Assembly: GCF_009914755.1 (NCBI RefSeq)
Contig: NC_060940.1
Strand: one strand, 5' to 3'
DNA: 64,000 bases
Origin: the human T2T-CHM13v2.0 reference genome, Homo sapiens
A program made the translations under genes and the position numbers. The notes under the pieces are model-generated. The model was not told the origin of the DNA. It saw nothing but the letters and a program-made list of their open reading frames with translations, and did no database searches. Shown here piece by piece: positions 1 through 29,014 of the stretch. The first letter of the stretch is position 1; the number at the start of each line of letters is the position of its first letter.

Positions 1-543
1 TCCCAGTGCTTCTCTGCCACCCTAAGCATGTTGGTAACGTTGACAATAGAATCCAGGTAAAATATACAGACATGTATTGTGTCATGTACCCATCCTAAAC
101 TAGTTATTACCAAGAATAAATAATTGTTTGGGGCCCATCATGCTTCAGCCCCTGTCACTAGGGGAAGGACCTAGCCTCCCTTGATAATCTACCTGCACAA
201 AATTAGGGCTTTGTTACAAATGAAAAAAAGAGATGTGGAAAATAAGTTAGATAAGAAACTAGCAGTATCTGCCACAAATGATATCTCTTGACAGCTAACT
301 AAGAGCTAGACCTTGTGGGGATGGATCACAAAAGAGGTAGCTGTGAAGTCCCAGTAAAGGTGCTTCCAGGACAGGTGGAAGAATGGTAAGAACAAACTTG
401 CCTACAGGCTAGACCAGTCCAAAGCATATATGTTGAAGAAGAGCTAATAGCCTGTATATGAAGGTGTAAGTAAAGGAGATGTTCATGGTTGAGTCACTGT
501 GGTGTTCACGTAGTCATCTTTCCCTTCTTGGTTTGTGCTTATC

Positions 544-3563
<3,020 letters not shown>

Positions 3564-3741
3564 ACATGGGTTGCTTTGTAGTTTAGAGAACTACATGTTT
3601 AGATAGTTAATTTTTCCCCAAAAGGGCCCATCAGATTGATACTCTGAGATCCAGGGTTTGTCTGACACTCATTAGCCTATGAGTTGTAGAGATGGGATGG
3701 CCAGGAGTGAAGTGATGGCCTTGTGTCTTTCTCCCCTGCAG

Positions 3742-3811
3742 CATACAGAAAGGCTGTACCTGGAGGAAGGAAGTGCGGAGCCAGCCTGAGTTGGGAGAAG
3801 AGCTCCAGAGA
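3742..3811 (+). other. NAA60: NAA60 non-coding 5'UTR exon of the upstream-promoter isoform (that promoter lies left of the window)
   Basis: Acceptor tctttctcccctgcAG|CATACAG and donor AGAGA|GTGAGT bound a 70-nt exon with no ATG. This matches my recollection of the NAA60 c.-76..c.-7 exon. Confidence 0.75.
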
Positions 3812-4361
3812 GTGAGTCAAAGCGCTCTGTGTCCTGCTATTAATGATGCCCTCATAGTCAGAGGAAGCCTACTTAAGTGAAATCCATTTTTGACCTGTCA
3901 AGTATTAAATATTCTCTTAATTTTTAGTACTGAATGATAGAAGGCGCCTAGTGAAACAAATGCTTTCACTTTTTTGCTAGGAGGGTAAATGAGTATATTC
4001 TTACGTTAGGTACACAGGGATACAGTACAAGTATGCCAGCCTCTTTAAACTATAAAGAAGTAAACAAGATTTGGTTTAAGCATCAGTCTCTTGTGAGTCT
4101 GATGGGTAAGCCCAGTCTCAGGGCACACTGACAATGTTAGTGGAGAACGAGACTCTCCCAGTGTGCTGCCCTGACCCTCTGAGATTGGTCTGTGTAGCCA
4201 CGTGGTGGTCATCCTGTGCCATCTCTGGTTTGGTTCTAATCAAAGGAAGCAGTATCATCTGTGGTGATCCGTCTTACACACTTGCATCATTTTATACCAA
4301 AGGAGAATTTCTTTTGTTAAAAATTTATTTTTCATTATCTACTCATAAAGAAGGAGCCAAA

Positions 4362-6081
<1,720 letters not shown>

Positions 6082-6873
6082 TCAGGGCAGCCAGTGGAGA
6101 GAGGCATCATTCTGCATGGTATAGAAGCCTTGGGTGGGTGTTTCATCATCTGTAAAATGAGGACAACAATACTGAACTTTCAAGGCCATTGTAAATTAGA
6201 ATGTACAGTACAAGCATTGTAAGTTAGAAGTCAATTAGAACATGCAGGAGGGATTATAACTCAGTGTTTAGCGTATAGCAGACACTTAGTAAATAATGCA
6301 TTTACTCTGTTCCATTCTAGAAGCTCCATTGTTGTTTGTACAACAAACACCTCTGTTGCAGTGCTTATCAGATTGTCTTGTAATCACGTAACTCCTCAAA
6401 GGCAGGATGTGTGTAATAACACATTTCCTTGGTCACCATTTGTACCCAGAATGGGGAAGGAAGAAATGAAAAGAATCCAGTATCTAAGCCCAGCCTCCAT
6501 TTCACTTGCACGCCTTTTATTTATGAAAATATAGTACTTGTCCATGTAAATAATATCTCTGAATGGATACCAGGAAAATGGTAAGATGAGTTAGCTGGAG
6601 AACTTGGGTACTGAGTTGGAGGGAGGGTAACTTATTTTTCACCAATGTATCCTTTTGTTTTGCTTTAAAATAATTTACCACAGGCATGCATTACTTCTAA
6701 AAATAAAAATGTTTACTGTCAGAAAACTCCCCCAAGTTAAACCAAAACCAAAATATGTTAGATACATCTGTAACACTCATTATAAAAGATGACATATAAA
6801 TGCCTCAAAAATAGAAAAGGTGATCAAACTTACTGAGAAATGTGCATTAAAACAATGAGACCTTTTTCAGTTA

Positions 6874-12720
<5,847 letters not shown>

Positions 12721-12799
12721 CTTCGCGTTAGATCTTGCATTATAGAACCCCTACAACCGGAGGGCAGCTTAAGTTGCCTGTTTTACTCAGGGACAGCCC

Positions 12800-13900
12800 T
12801 AAACTGCCTTTCGCCAGAATCGGACGGCTGAGAATCCAGTGTCGTCGCGGGGTGGTGCTGCCAGCTGGCTCCGGGTGGTCGGCCAGGAGCCAGCCTTGTG
12901 CACCTGCTTTCAGTTGTTGGCCAGCCCCGGCGCTGCAGGCCCTCGCGAGCTTAGGATGCGCCTGCCAGGGCCTGTGCGGGGGGGCCACTCGGTAGAGCCG
13001 CGGGACCTCGGCCCGGAAACCGCGCCACCGGCGTCCGCACACGCTAGGCCGGGGAGCCCAGAGGTCTGGCCGGCCATGTCTCGGCGACCTCCCGGAGCGA
13101 GGGACAGGGAAGGAGCCGGCCCTCACCAGTGCCCCGCATACGGGATCCTGGGCCTGGCTTCGCACGGAGCCTGCCCGCTCCCAACCTGCCCGCTCCCAAC
13201 ATGGCGGCAGCGCCGGCCTCAGGGGGCGGGGCCACGTGGGGGCGGCGGCCAATGGGCTTCCGGGCTGCGCTGCCGGCAGGGAGCGGGAGGCGGAAGTGCC
13301 GCGGGCTGCCGCCTCCGTCCCGGCTGCGGCCCCTGCCGGTTACATAACTCGTTGCGGGCTCCGCGCGGTCCCACTTCCCGGCTCCCTTCGCCTCCAGGAT
13401 GCGCTGAGCCCTACAACACCCCCAGCGGCCGCCGGCTCCCCCACGAGGTGAGGTGGCGGGGGGCGGCCGCCGGGGCTCGGACCTGCGGCGGGGCGCCGAG
13501 GGGGCGGGGTAGGCGGGGAGGCCGCGCCGGGGTCAGGGGGGCCAGCGCCCACCGGGTACGAGCGCGCTGGTGAGGCAGGCCCGGCCGCGCCCGCGCCCCC
13601 GGCGCACGGTCCTCCCGGGAGCCGGTTTCGGGGACGGCGGCGGGGAGTGGGCGCTGGCCAGGGACGAGGGTTGAGGAGGTCGCGGCTCTCATGCTGGGTG
13701 GGAGTCGGGCCTTCTGCCTGGGGGTTGCGTCAGTGTCCGACCCCGCGATGAGTGGTCGGGACAATTTGCAACTAGAGGGTGGTCCTCATGGGTACCCTGT
13801 GGGGTGTCGCGCGAGGTGAAGGGCCAGGCCATTTCCGTCGGGTCAGCGATTTCCGCCTTCGCCCCGCTCTCGCCTGGCCTGGTCAGGGCCTGTTTTGGTA
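12800..13900 (+). promoter_or_regulatory. NAA60: CpG island / internal NAA60 promoter
   Basis: Very high GC and CpG density. Motifs: YY1-like CAACATGGCGGC 13197-13208, GC box at ~13223, CACGTG 13233-13238, CCAAT 13249-13253, ETS CGGAAGTG 13291-13298. No TATA box seen. Confidence 0.9.
13263..13447 (+). other. NAA60: NAA60 alternative non-coding first exon (TSS approximate)
   Basis: Lies directly after the promoter motifs and ends at the donor GAG|GTGAGG (13447/13448), followed by G-rich intron. Confidence 0.7.
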
Positions 13901-15609
13901 CTTGTTGCGCCGATTGGAGTCATCTGCGACTTGTTTGCCCTCCTCTGAACTCCTGAAAGCCAGGGGCTCCGTCTAGGTCTCCTCCTAGTCTTATTCTCCC
14001 AGCTTTCGTTGTTAAGACAAATTCCTTACGTTCCTGGCCCTTTACAGACCGGCCCTACAGAACCCACACCCCCAGCTCCGACTTTCTTCTCCAGATTGGG
14101 TACTTCCCAGGGAGTAAAGGGAATCTGTAGCTTTTGTGGTTTGTCCTGCTGGGAAAATTTGGGGGTAAGTGGTGGGCCTTCTCTGGACGACCACCCACAA
14201 ATCTGTGTGCCCAAACGGAGACAGGACCCAGGGTCTGGACATCAGGCAAGGGGTACTCTGCAGTAAACGTGGACATTGGCCGTTTCGTGGGTTTGTTTTC
14301 ACTCTGCCAAGTCCTTGAGGCGTACACTTTTGTGTCACTCATTTATCTTGAAAGAAAAGGTTAACAGCCCAACAGAGTAGTTCGCTTTGGTATCTGGAGT
14401 GGTAATCAGAGTGCCAGAACTGGAGAGAACATTGCCGTGTACAGATGTTTGCCTTTTACCAGGGCACTGAAGGCATAAAACCCTTAGTTAATGCTTAACT
14501 GAGTGAACCATGAAAGTCATGTGACTCCAAAGGTCGACTCTAGAAATGCGGCAGTCCATGTAGCACTGTGATGTAGAAATTCTATGATATATGGGTCAGT
14601 GTTCACAGGCAGGGAGAGGGGGAGTCTTCAACATCTTTGAATTAAAAAGCATCTGGGGCAAAAACAAATAAATACACACATATCAGTGAACTGCTTTAAG
14701 TTCAGTTAGAGAAGGTGAGATTAAAGACCAGAAGAAACTCGAGGGAGACTGCTGTATAAGTCCCAGTTATCTTTCCAAACAGACAGGTTCATCACAGCAG
14801 TGAAGGCTAGTCTTCATCTCCCTTCTTGTGGGATTTTCTACATTAATGTGCAGATCTGCCCTTGGAGAATGGGGCGTGCATGATTGGGCTGTGGTTTGCT
14901 GGAGTTTCATCTTACTGAAGTTGCAGACACTGTGGGTTTCTGTGACAATGGTTTACACTGAAAGTAGCAAAGTCAAGGCATGGTCTGGTATCAGCATGCC
15001 AGAATAAAACACACAGACAGCTTTTTAAAAGGTCTGTGTCCGTCCTATCTTTAGCCTCTCCTGGTTGTAACTTGAAGTGACTTTGTTGCCGTGTTTGTTT
15101 TGACCAGGCCGGGACAGTATGGAGAGTATCTTTAGATGTGACTTATCTGGGTTGCTTAGCAACAGCATGCTTCAGATTAGAATGGAAGAAAGTTCCTGGA
15201 TGTGAGGAGATTTGAATGATAAAAGATACTTACACCTAAAAGGAGACCAGGAGGGATTGTGCCCTGTTCTTGCTAACTGGGTGCTCGTAACTGGAGACGG
15301 GGTGTACCTGTTAGCGGTGGTTAGACGAGGTGGATACAGAATCCAGAATGGTCACATTGCAGCCATAGGGAACAGATAGATGCAGAGAAGAGGCTTCAGC
15401 CCTCTGAGTTAGGGCAGTGCATGGCCTTGCTCTGCTGAAATAGCCCAGAGGTCCCATTTGCTTGGTGACATCTCTCACTTGAATAGAAAGCTGGCTGTTT
15501 ATCAGACACTGTTTTCTTAAATGGCAGCTCCTCCACATCTGCGTCATCTCCATTATCTCCCCTATCCATCTCTTTTTGGAAGGAATCCACGAAGCCCTCA
15601 TGACTGTTT

Positions 15610-20630
<5,021 letters not shown>

Positions 20631-23077
20631 TTAGCGTTCTGTCCTTCTCTTGGGTCATGTTCTTGTCTCTGTTCTTCCTCATCCCTTCTTCGTCCTTGTC
20701 ATCGCCACTTCTGACACTGACTGAGTGGGGCCACAAAAGGTGAGTCGTCCTTCCGGCTGCCCCCACCACAATCCAGCCCTGGCTCAAGAGCAGGGAAGGT
20801 GCTGTCCCCCAGGCTGCAGACGGGGGTTAGTACAGCAACCTCAGACAGCTTCCTCTCTGGGGGGACCCTGCGTGTCTTGGGTGCAGTTTCGAGGAGGATG
20901 CAGAGGGATGGATCCCTGCCTTCTTCTGTGTGACCCCTGCGGTGGGGGAGCATCCCTGCTCAGCCCAGGGGATGGCACTTTTCATGTTTGCCGTGAGATT
21001 CCTCTAGCAAAAGCAGTGGGTTTTGTGAGTACTTAGGTAATGGTGCCAGAAAGCACCATGACACCCTGGTATGTCCGCCCCATATAATCAGAGAATCTGA
21101 CTCTGCTCACTGCTGAGACCCCGATACCCAGGGTAGGGCCTGAATTTTCAATGCAATTGCGATAAATTAATGACTAAATGGATTCTCAGTTTGAAATGTA
21201 AGGCGTGACAGAACGTTCAACCCAGGGAAGATTGAGTCAGGACCCGGGACCTTGCCGGAACACCTGTGGCCGTTGCTGCTGTTAACTGAGGTGTAATTAA
21301 CATGCAGCCAAGTGCACAGCTTCACCCAGCAGATCCGTACGTTTTGACAACTGTGAAACAAGACGTAGCACATCGCCATCGCGCTTCTCAGCTCCGCCTT
21401 CACCACTCTGGGTGCCAGCACCGGCAATTTGTTTGGCCAGTTCCAGAGTGTCATAAAAACAGAATCCTCCATTGTCACTCCTCTGTCCTTGAAGAGATAT
21501 GCATCGAGTTGTATGCGGCCACTCTGCGGGCTCCCCTCGGCACATGATGGTCTTCAGAGAGAGGCTGTTTGGAAATAGAGTGGTGGGTGTTTGCTTCTTG
21601 TCACCCGGCAAATGATTCATTTTTCTGCTGCTCTGACACTTTGGAAGAAGCCAGGGATGCTGAGGAGATGGCTTGCTCTCACGTGGGCAGCTGCTCCTTT
21701 GAGAAACAAGCCATGCGCAGTGTTAGCTGCTGACATCCTCCACTTTTAGCCCTTGAGCCCATTTCACTGATGAGCAAGACAGTGGCCTGTATCTGTCACT
21801 AACGTGCTTTTCTTTTTCTCCCCTGTTCCCCAAAGACAGGAGTGTGGAGTTCATGAGTGTTGGATTTTTCAAGCTAGTAAACCTTGCAGCTGCAAGTGGT
21901 GTTTAATTCTTGTGGTATGGATGAGCACATGCTAATCTCCCTTGAGCTTCTCTTGAGCAGAAGCCTGGTGTGCTAACGGGCAGGACTGGGGTGGTGCTTT
22001 GAGAGGAAGAGGGGGAAGGTGGCCCGAGAGGGAGATCTACTGAGATGTGAGCTGCCTGGAGTTTGGGGTGGGGATTCCTGGAGGGGCTCTGGATTTTGCA
22101 GAGGGACAGCTGTTGGTGCACCTTCACCAGTGTGCTGGGACAGAAAGTGGGGTGAGTGGGTGAGTGAGGAATAAGTGTTTGAAGGGCAGGAGTAAAGCAG
22201 AAAGGTGGCAGCAGGTGTTGAGCTGCAAGTGGTTCCATTGCCTGGAAAGGAGGTGGCAGGGAGGCCTGCCCAAGATGGGTGCCTGCAGGGTGCGGACAGC
22301 CTGTCAGAGGTGCGGAAAGCCTGACATTGAAAATGTCAGACAGTGGGTGCTTGGGCCAGAGAGAAAGAGCCTGAGGAGCTGGACCAGGGGTTGGGGGGCG
22401 GCCTTTAGAAGCAGCGTCTCATGCAGCCTTCCCAGCGATCCTGAGGTAGGTGGGAGAATCTTCAGGCCACGGCTGAGAAGCTGAAGCGTGTGGCGGGAGA
22501 TCCGTCTCAGAACACCTGAGATCCCTGCAGGGTCTGGGAGCATGTTAGGGGCTCAGAGTGCAGGTAGGGACTGGCAGGGAGGAGCTGTGGGCGGGAAGAG
22601 AGAGAAGGGAGGGCAGGGCAGTGTGGCCATGGCCAGCTGAACACTGGGAGTCTGCTCCTGAGGTCATGGATGGAGGCCAGGACACCTCTCAAGCCATTAA
22701 GAGGGTGGCCTTTCCAAGCGCAGCATGACTTGTTGGTCTTGAAGCAGTGCCTTCGAAGGAGGAGGAGTCCCCCGTGGACTTGGGGCATTAGGACAGGGAC
22801 TGCCAAGGAGAGAGGGCACTAGGAAACAGGGTTGTTTTTGGCTTTTTTACCTGGGGTGCAAGTGGAGCACCCTGTGGGCATCATGAGGGTGTCAGGAAAC
22901 CCTTCTGGTAACTGAAACGCAGTCCATTCTGTGTCCCCCAGATTCTGAGTTTTCAGCACCTGACAGTGGCGGGGGATGGCAGACACACCTGTGGGTGCTG
23001 GAGACATCTTGGCGGCCCTTCCTCCAGTTTGGCATCATAGTCCCCTGTGGGCTGAGCACATGGGGCTCCTGGACAGT

Positions 23078-23686
23078 TGTTACCGATGGAGGGTATCCAG
23101 GTTCTTGACATCTTGAACAAAGAATTGGACAAAACGGCACAAACAAAGCAAGAAAAAGATGAAGCAACAAAAGCAGATTTATTGAAAACGAAAGTACACT
23201 CCATAGGGTGGGAGCAGGCCCTGGTTACAGAATTTTCTGGGGTTTAAATACCCTCTAGAGGTTTCCCATTGGTTATTTGGTGCATGCCCTATGTAAATGA
23301 AAGTGACCTGCGATCAGTCTGATTGGTTGAGGAAAGCAGCCAACCAGAGGCTGAAGTGAAGTTACAAAGTTACATCCTATGCAAATATCTGATTCATTGT
23401 GGAAAGCAACCAATCAGAGGCTGAAGTGAAATTACAAAGTTGCACTCCTATATAAATGAAGACTTGGCCGGAGACCAGCTTGATTGGTTGCAGGAGGGGA
23501 CCAATCAGAGGTACTTTCAGTTCTTGATCTGCTTGGTAGAAAAGCAGGTCGGTGTGAAGGGAGTAGCCTCTGGTTCTTTTGTTACTTGGGGATGGAAAGT
23601 TGGGGTTTTCCTTTGGATTTAGTTCTAAGAAGTCAGCATGAATTGGCCTTAGGTTCCCTGCCTCCAGACCCTATTCTCCTGCCTCA
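23078..23686 (-). mobile_element. ERV1 solo LTR, MER51A-like
   Basis: TG...CA termini and a perfect 4-bp TSD CAGT (23074-77, 23687-90). The minus strand begins TGAGGCAGGAGAATAGGGTCTGGAGGCAGGGAACC; repeated CCAATCAG boxes inside. Confidence 0.88.
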
Positions 23687-24240
23687 CAGTGATGTTGATC
23701 AGGGGGCTCAGCTTGGCTCTGCCAGTTCAGACACCAGCCCCTTCCAGCTACTGCCAGTCCTTGGAGGAAAGCAGTCTTGGTACCGTGTCCGGAGAGGTCA
23801 TTTCCATGTAAAAGAAATATGAGGTCTACAGGCAGCTCAGGAGCACGGAGTTGGGGGAAGCAGAGAAGGTGTGAGTGCCGAGGCGCAAGCACGGCTTTTG
23901 TTTGGGTCAAGCAGGATCAGTGCCTCCCTCCTTGCATCGCTCCACCTCCGGAAGGCGGAGAACTGCGATGCAGACCCAGGAGGCCAGCCAGGAGAGATTT
24001 CTCACCCCAGGCTCGAGCCTTTGAAGCTCCAGGTTCTAACTTAAAAATTCAAGGGAGTGGCCGGGCTCGGTAGCTCATGCCTGTAATCCCAGCACTTTGG
24101 GAGGCCAAGGCAGGTGGATCACGAGGTTAGGGATCGAGACCATCCTGGCCAACATTGGCCTGACAAGGCCAACAACCTTGTCTCTACTACAAATACAAAA
24201 ATTACCTGGTTGTGGTGGCACATGCCTGTAATCCCAGCTA

Positions 24241-24348
<108 letters not shown>

Positions 24349-24492
24349 TCAAAAAAAAAAAAAAAAATTCAAGAGAGTTTCGCATTCTCCCGTGCAATAC
24401 TTCCCTGCTTGTTGTAGTAGAGATGCGTCCTGTGCCTTTTTAGGAACATGTTCTGAAAGATGGCTTGGGCAACTGTGACTTTAGTGCTCTAT

Positions 24493-24970
24493 CCCCCCAG
24501 CACTGCCCTGGTACCCATCCTGTTTAGAGGGCTCAGAGCAGAGAGCACCTGCCTGGCAGGGCCCGTCTCTGACTTTGCCTTGCTGCTCCCCCCAGCACTG
24601 CCCTGGTACCCGTCCTGTTTAGAGGGCTCAGAGCAGAGAGCACCTGCCTGGCAGGGCCTGTCTCTGACTTTGCCTTGCTGCTCCCCCCAGCACTGCCCTG
24701 GTACCCATCCTGTTTGGAGGGCTCAGAGCAGAGAGCACCTGCCTGGCGGGGCCTGTCTCTGACTTTGCCTTGCTGCTCCGCACAGCACTGCCCTGGTACC
24801 CATCCTGTTTGGAGGGCTCAGAGCAGAGAGCACCTGCCTGGTGGGGCCTGTCTCTGACTTTGCCTTGCTGCTCCGCACTGCACTGCCCTGGTACCCGTCC
24901 TGTTTGGAGGGCTCAGAGCAGAGAGCACCTGCCTGGCGGGGCCTGTCTCTGACTTTGCCTTGCTGCTCCC
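24493..24970. repeat. 95-bp minisatellite, ~5 copies
   Basis: The unit CCCCCCAGCACTGCCCTGGTACCC...GACTTTGCCTTGCTGCT recurs at 24493, 24588, 24683, 24778 and 24873 with few substitutions. Confidence 0.97.
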
Positions 24971-26547
24971 TGTTATCAGCACTCTTGTCCCTGTGTCCTC
25001 CGGGTGGCCTGCAGGGCAATGGAAGATGAGTACTTAGTAGAAGGTTCTAGGTGGGCACATGAGGGTTCCTTGCCAGCACCAGGGCTTTGTTCACACAGGT
25101 GTTGCATGAAGCCATCCAGCCAAGAGCCAGGGCTCCATGCCTCTGAGCCCTCAGGCACTGCATCATGCTGGGCCTCAGCTCCATACCTGCCGCGTGTCTG
25201 TCTCACCATCACTGTGCTCAAGGAAGGTCGCCACCAGATGCTCCTCTGTGCGCCGGGCCTGCTGGGGCTGCCCTGGGGCCTGGAAAGTGCTTTAAGCAGG
25301 TCCTTTGTCTCGTGTCAGGGGATGGGCTCCAAAGTTAGTGGTTGGAACTAACTTTGCCATCTGCTGGAGGGCTTTGCCCCTGCCATGCCTTGAGCCCACA
25401 CATACTCCAGGGGTGACTGACACAGTTGGTTTTGCATCAGAATTGGCCATTGCCACCTCTGAGGGGCTGGGAAATGGGTGACCCTGCCCCACAGTGCCTG
25501 CACTGCCCCCAGCAGACAATGCTGGGGGAGCAGCTTCCCACCAGGCCTGGCTTGGGGCTTCTCCAGGGAAGCCCAGGTACACCTCCCAGCCTGTAGGTGA
25601 AGGTGCCTGGAATGGAACTCGCTATTCCCAGAGGCACAGAGCTCCCGTCACAGCGGCTGGGTGACAGCAGTAATTCTCGCAGATGTTCAGGCCCTGGGAC
25701 CCCAGAAGTGAAATGACCCAGGGCGTCAGCAGGAAAGGAGGCCCCACTTTTTCAGGACCTCTCCCTCCAACCAGCTCCACGTCCTTCCCAAAGCTGGGCC
25801 CAGCGTGGCCCTCATAGCCAGCTCCGTCTCTCTCTCCTTGGGCCTGCTGTGACTGCAGGCACGGATACACTGGGGAGACGGGATGTAGAAAGCTGTGGGA
25901 AGAGGGAGCAACGGCAGGGCAGGGGCCAGTGGGGTTGGGGGGGGCCGCTGGCCCTGCCTTTGGATCATCTCCGACTTGATCAGCATGAACCCCTGACTCT
26001 AGAGGGAGGCTGATGGGCCAGGGCACATGTGGGTCCCCCTCACTGCCTCCGCAGCAGTGGACCTACAGCCATGCTCTTTGACCCCATCTCTTCCTTTCAT
26101 GGGCACACAGGTGACCCGAGTCTCTGTTTCGTGCACCTTCCTGCCTCTTCTCTGCCCCTCAGTTGGGCTGAGACACATGAGGTGCTGTGATGCATGCTGC
26201 ATTTGGCCCTGACTTAGGTGTGACGCGTTTCCATTTTTAAATCGAGTGTAAAGAACTGGCCTCCAGAAACACGGAAGCACTTTTAGTAGGGATTTGAAAA
26301 TCCGCAGATCGTTGTGTATCTCAGAGCCCAGTGTTTTTCTTGAAATTCACACTGGAAACAAATGAGGATACTGGGGGAAATGTGCAGTCCCAGGACATGA
26401 GAGATGCGAGCTTATTACGAATCTGTCTTTGGTACCAAGCCACAATATAGAGATTTGTGAAAATCTTTAAAAATCAACTTGACTGGGCCGGGCGCGGTGC
26501 TCACACCTGTAATCCCAGCGCTTTGGGAGGGCAAGGCAGGCGGATCA

Positions 26548-26766
<219 letters not shown>

Positions 26767-28320
26767 TCAAAAAATAATAATAATAAAAAGATCTGGAACG
26801 TTTTCGTCCCCTCAGGAAGTCATCCCTGCCCCAGGCATCCACGGAGGTCAAGGCCTTGCCAACCCCACTTCCTGGGTCCAGCTCTCAGGTGGTTCTCCCT
26901 GTGGCCTCCAGACCCGGGCTGTACCGGCTGGTTTCGCAGGTTGCCTGTGCTCATCCTGCCCTCTCCGGTGAGAGCTGAGCCGGTGGTGTTTTTTTCAGAG
27001 CCAGCTGGCCCTGCAGGAGCTCAGAAACCTGGGCGGCTGGGCCTATGGGCTCTGGAGTTCTGCCCAGGGTGGCCAGGTGGGCAGCCTTTCCCCCGTGCTG
27101 GTTCCTGTAGCAAGGAGGAGGCCGTGTGCTGGGGCCCTTGTGTCAGGAGCTGTCTCTGGAAAGGCTGAATCGAGGAACCAGCCTCTGCCTTGTCCGTCGA
27201 TGTTGTGGGGTTAGTGGCTTTGTCCCAGAGTTTCAAAGTGTGGGTAAGTGGTTTCTGGGTTTGCCAGTTTTCTTAGCCCTTAGGGGAAAGGGGGTGGGAG
27301 CCTGCCCTCAGCTGGCTTCGTAAAAACACAGTATCTGTGCTTGAGTTACACGCCCGGCGTCCTTTTGCGTTTTGAGACCTCAGTGGAGTGTGCGGGCCCT
27401 GAGTAGTATGCACCCACTGACAGTGAACCAGATGCTGCCCCCCTGCGGTTCCAGTGTATGTCAGTGCCAGCCACGTGCCCAGGACCCACCGTTCCCAGGG
27501 ATACAAGATCCCGTGGCCCATGGTGGCAGCTGCGGCACACAGCGCTGCTTTCCAGAGCTCTCAGTGCGGACAACAGAGGCCTTGCATTCAGTCACCTGGA
27601 AAACCCACCATCCACATTGGAAACCCAGTCTCTCCGGAATGAGAAATTTGGTTGGTTTTCTTTAGCTTTTTGTTTTTTTGTTTGTTTTGTTTATTTTTTG
27701 AGACAGAATCTCACTCTATCGCCCACGCTGGAGTGCAGTGGCACAATCTTGGCTCACTGCAACCTTGGCTCACTGCAACCTCTGCCGCCCAAGTTCAAGC
27801 AATTCTGTTGCCTCAGCCTCCTAAGTAACTGGGATTACAGGTGCCTGCCACTGCGCCCAGCTAATTTTTTTGTATTTTTAGTAGAGACAGGGTTTCACCA
27901 TCTTGGCCAGGCTGGTCTTGAACTCCTGACCTCATGATCGGCCTGCCTTGGCCTCCCAAAGTGCTGGGATTACAGGCATGAGCCACCGCTCCTGGCCCTG
28001 GTTGGTTTTAATTAAGAACATTTTCAAACATCCACGTGGCATACCCGTTATCCAGATCTAACGCCCATTAATATTTTGCCACTTTTTTGCTCCAACTAAA
28101 TTAAACTAAATTCTGGAACATTCTGTCATTTTGCCCCTGCATATTCCACTGTGCATCTGTTAATATAAAATATGGACTTTTTGTACATAACCACAAGACT
28201 CTTCTCACACCTGACAAGATTAACACCTTCATCTGTTCTTTTAGAGGTTTTGTTCCTTTGTGTGTTCTTTGTCATCTGTTTTGTTTTGTTTTGTTTTGTT
28301 TCGTTTCATTTCGTTTTTGA

Positions 28321-28437
<117 letters not shown>

Positions 28438-28491
28438 TGACAGGCACACCACCACGCCTGGCTAATGTTTGTATTTTTAGTAGAGATGGGG

Positions 28492-28852
28492 TGTGTTAGT
28501 CCATTTTCATGCTGCTGATAAAGACACACCAGAGACTGGGTAATTTATAAAGGAACCAGGTTTAATGGACTCACGGTTGTACATGGCTGGGGAGGCCTCA
28601 CAATCATGGCAGAAGGCAAAAGTCACGTCTTACATGGTGGCAGGCAAGAGAGAATGAGAGCCAAGCAAAAAGGGAAACCCCTTATAAAACCATCAGGTCT
28701 CGTGGGACTTATTCACTACCACAAGAACAGTATGGGCGAAACTGCTCCCATGACTCAGTTATCTCCCACCAGGTCCCTCCCAGAACATGTGGGAATTTTG
28801 GGAGCTACAATTCAAGATGAGATTTGGGGAGGGACAGAGCCAAACCATATCA
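28492..28852 (-). mobile_element. THE1 (MaLR) solo LTR inserted in an Alu
   Basis: TGTGTTAGTCCATTTTCATGCTGCTGATAAAGAC...CAAACCATATCA interrupts the Alu between GAGATGGGG and TTTCACCATG. Confidence 0.88.
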
Positions 28853-28972
28853 TAGTGTTTCACCATGTTGGTCAGGCTGGTCTCAAACTCCTGACCTCAA
28901 GCAGTCCACCTGCCTGGACCTCCCAAAGTGCTAGGATTACAGGTGCGAGCCACCATGCTTGGCCCCAGCTTT

Positions 28973-28974
<2 letters not shown>

Positions 28975-29013
<39 letters not shown>
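28975..29013. repeat. (GTT)13 microsatellite derived from an Alu tail
   Basis: Read directly. Confidence 0.95.

Positions 29014-29014
<1 letters not shown>

Noticed and set aside
12740-13764. Long overlapping ORFs (244, 170 and 117 aa) in the CpG island
   Set aside because: Stop-poor GC-rich DNA gives Arg/Gly/Pro/Ala-rich translations with no recognisable domain.
24460-25029. Repetitive ORFs and CRISPR-like periodicity
   Set aside because: Head-to-tail 95-bp units with no unique spacers: a eukaryotic minisatellite.
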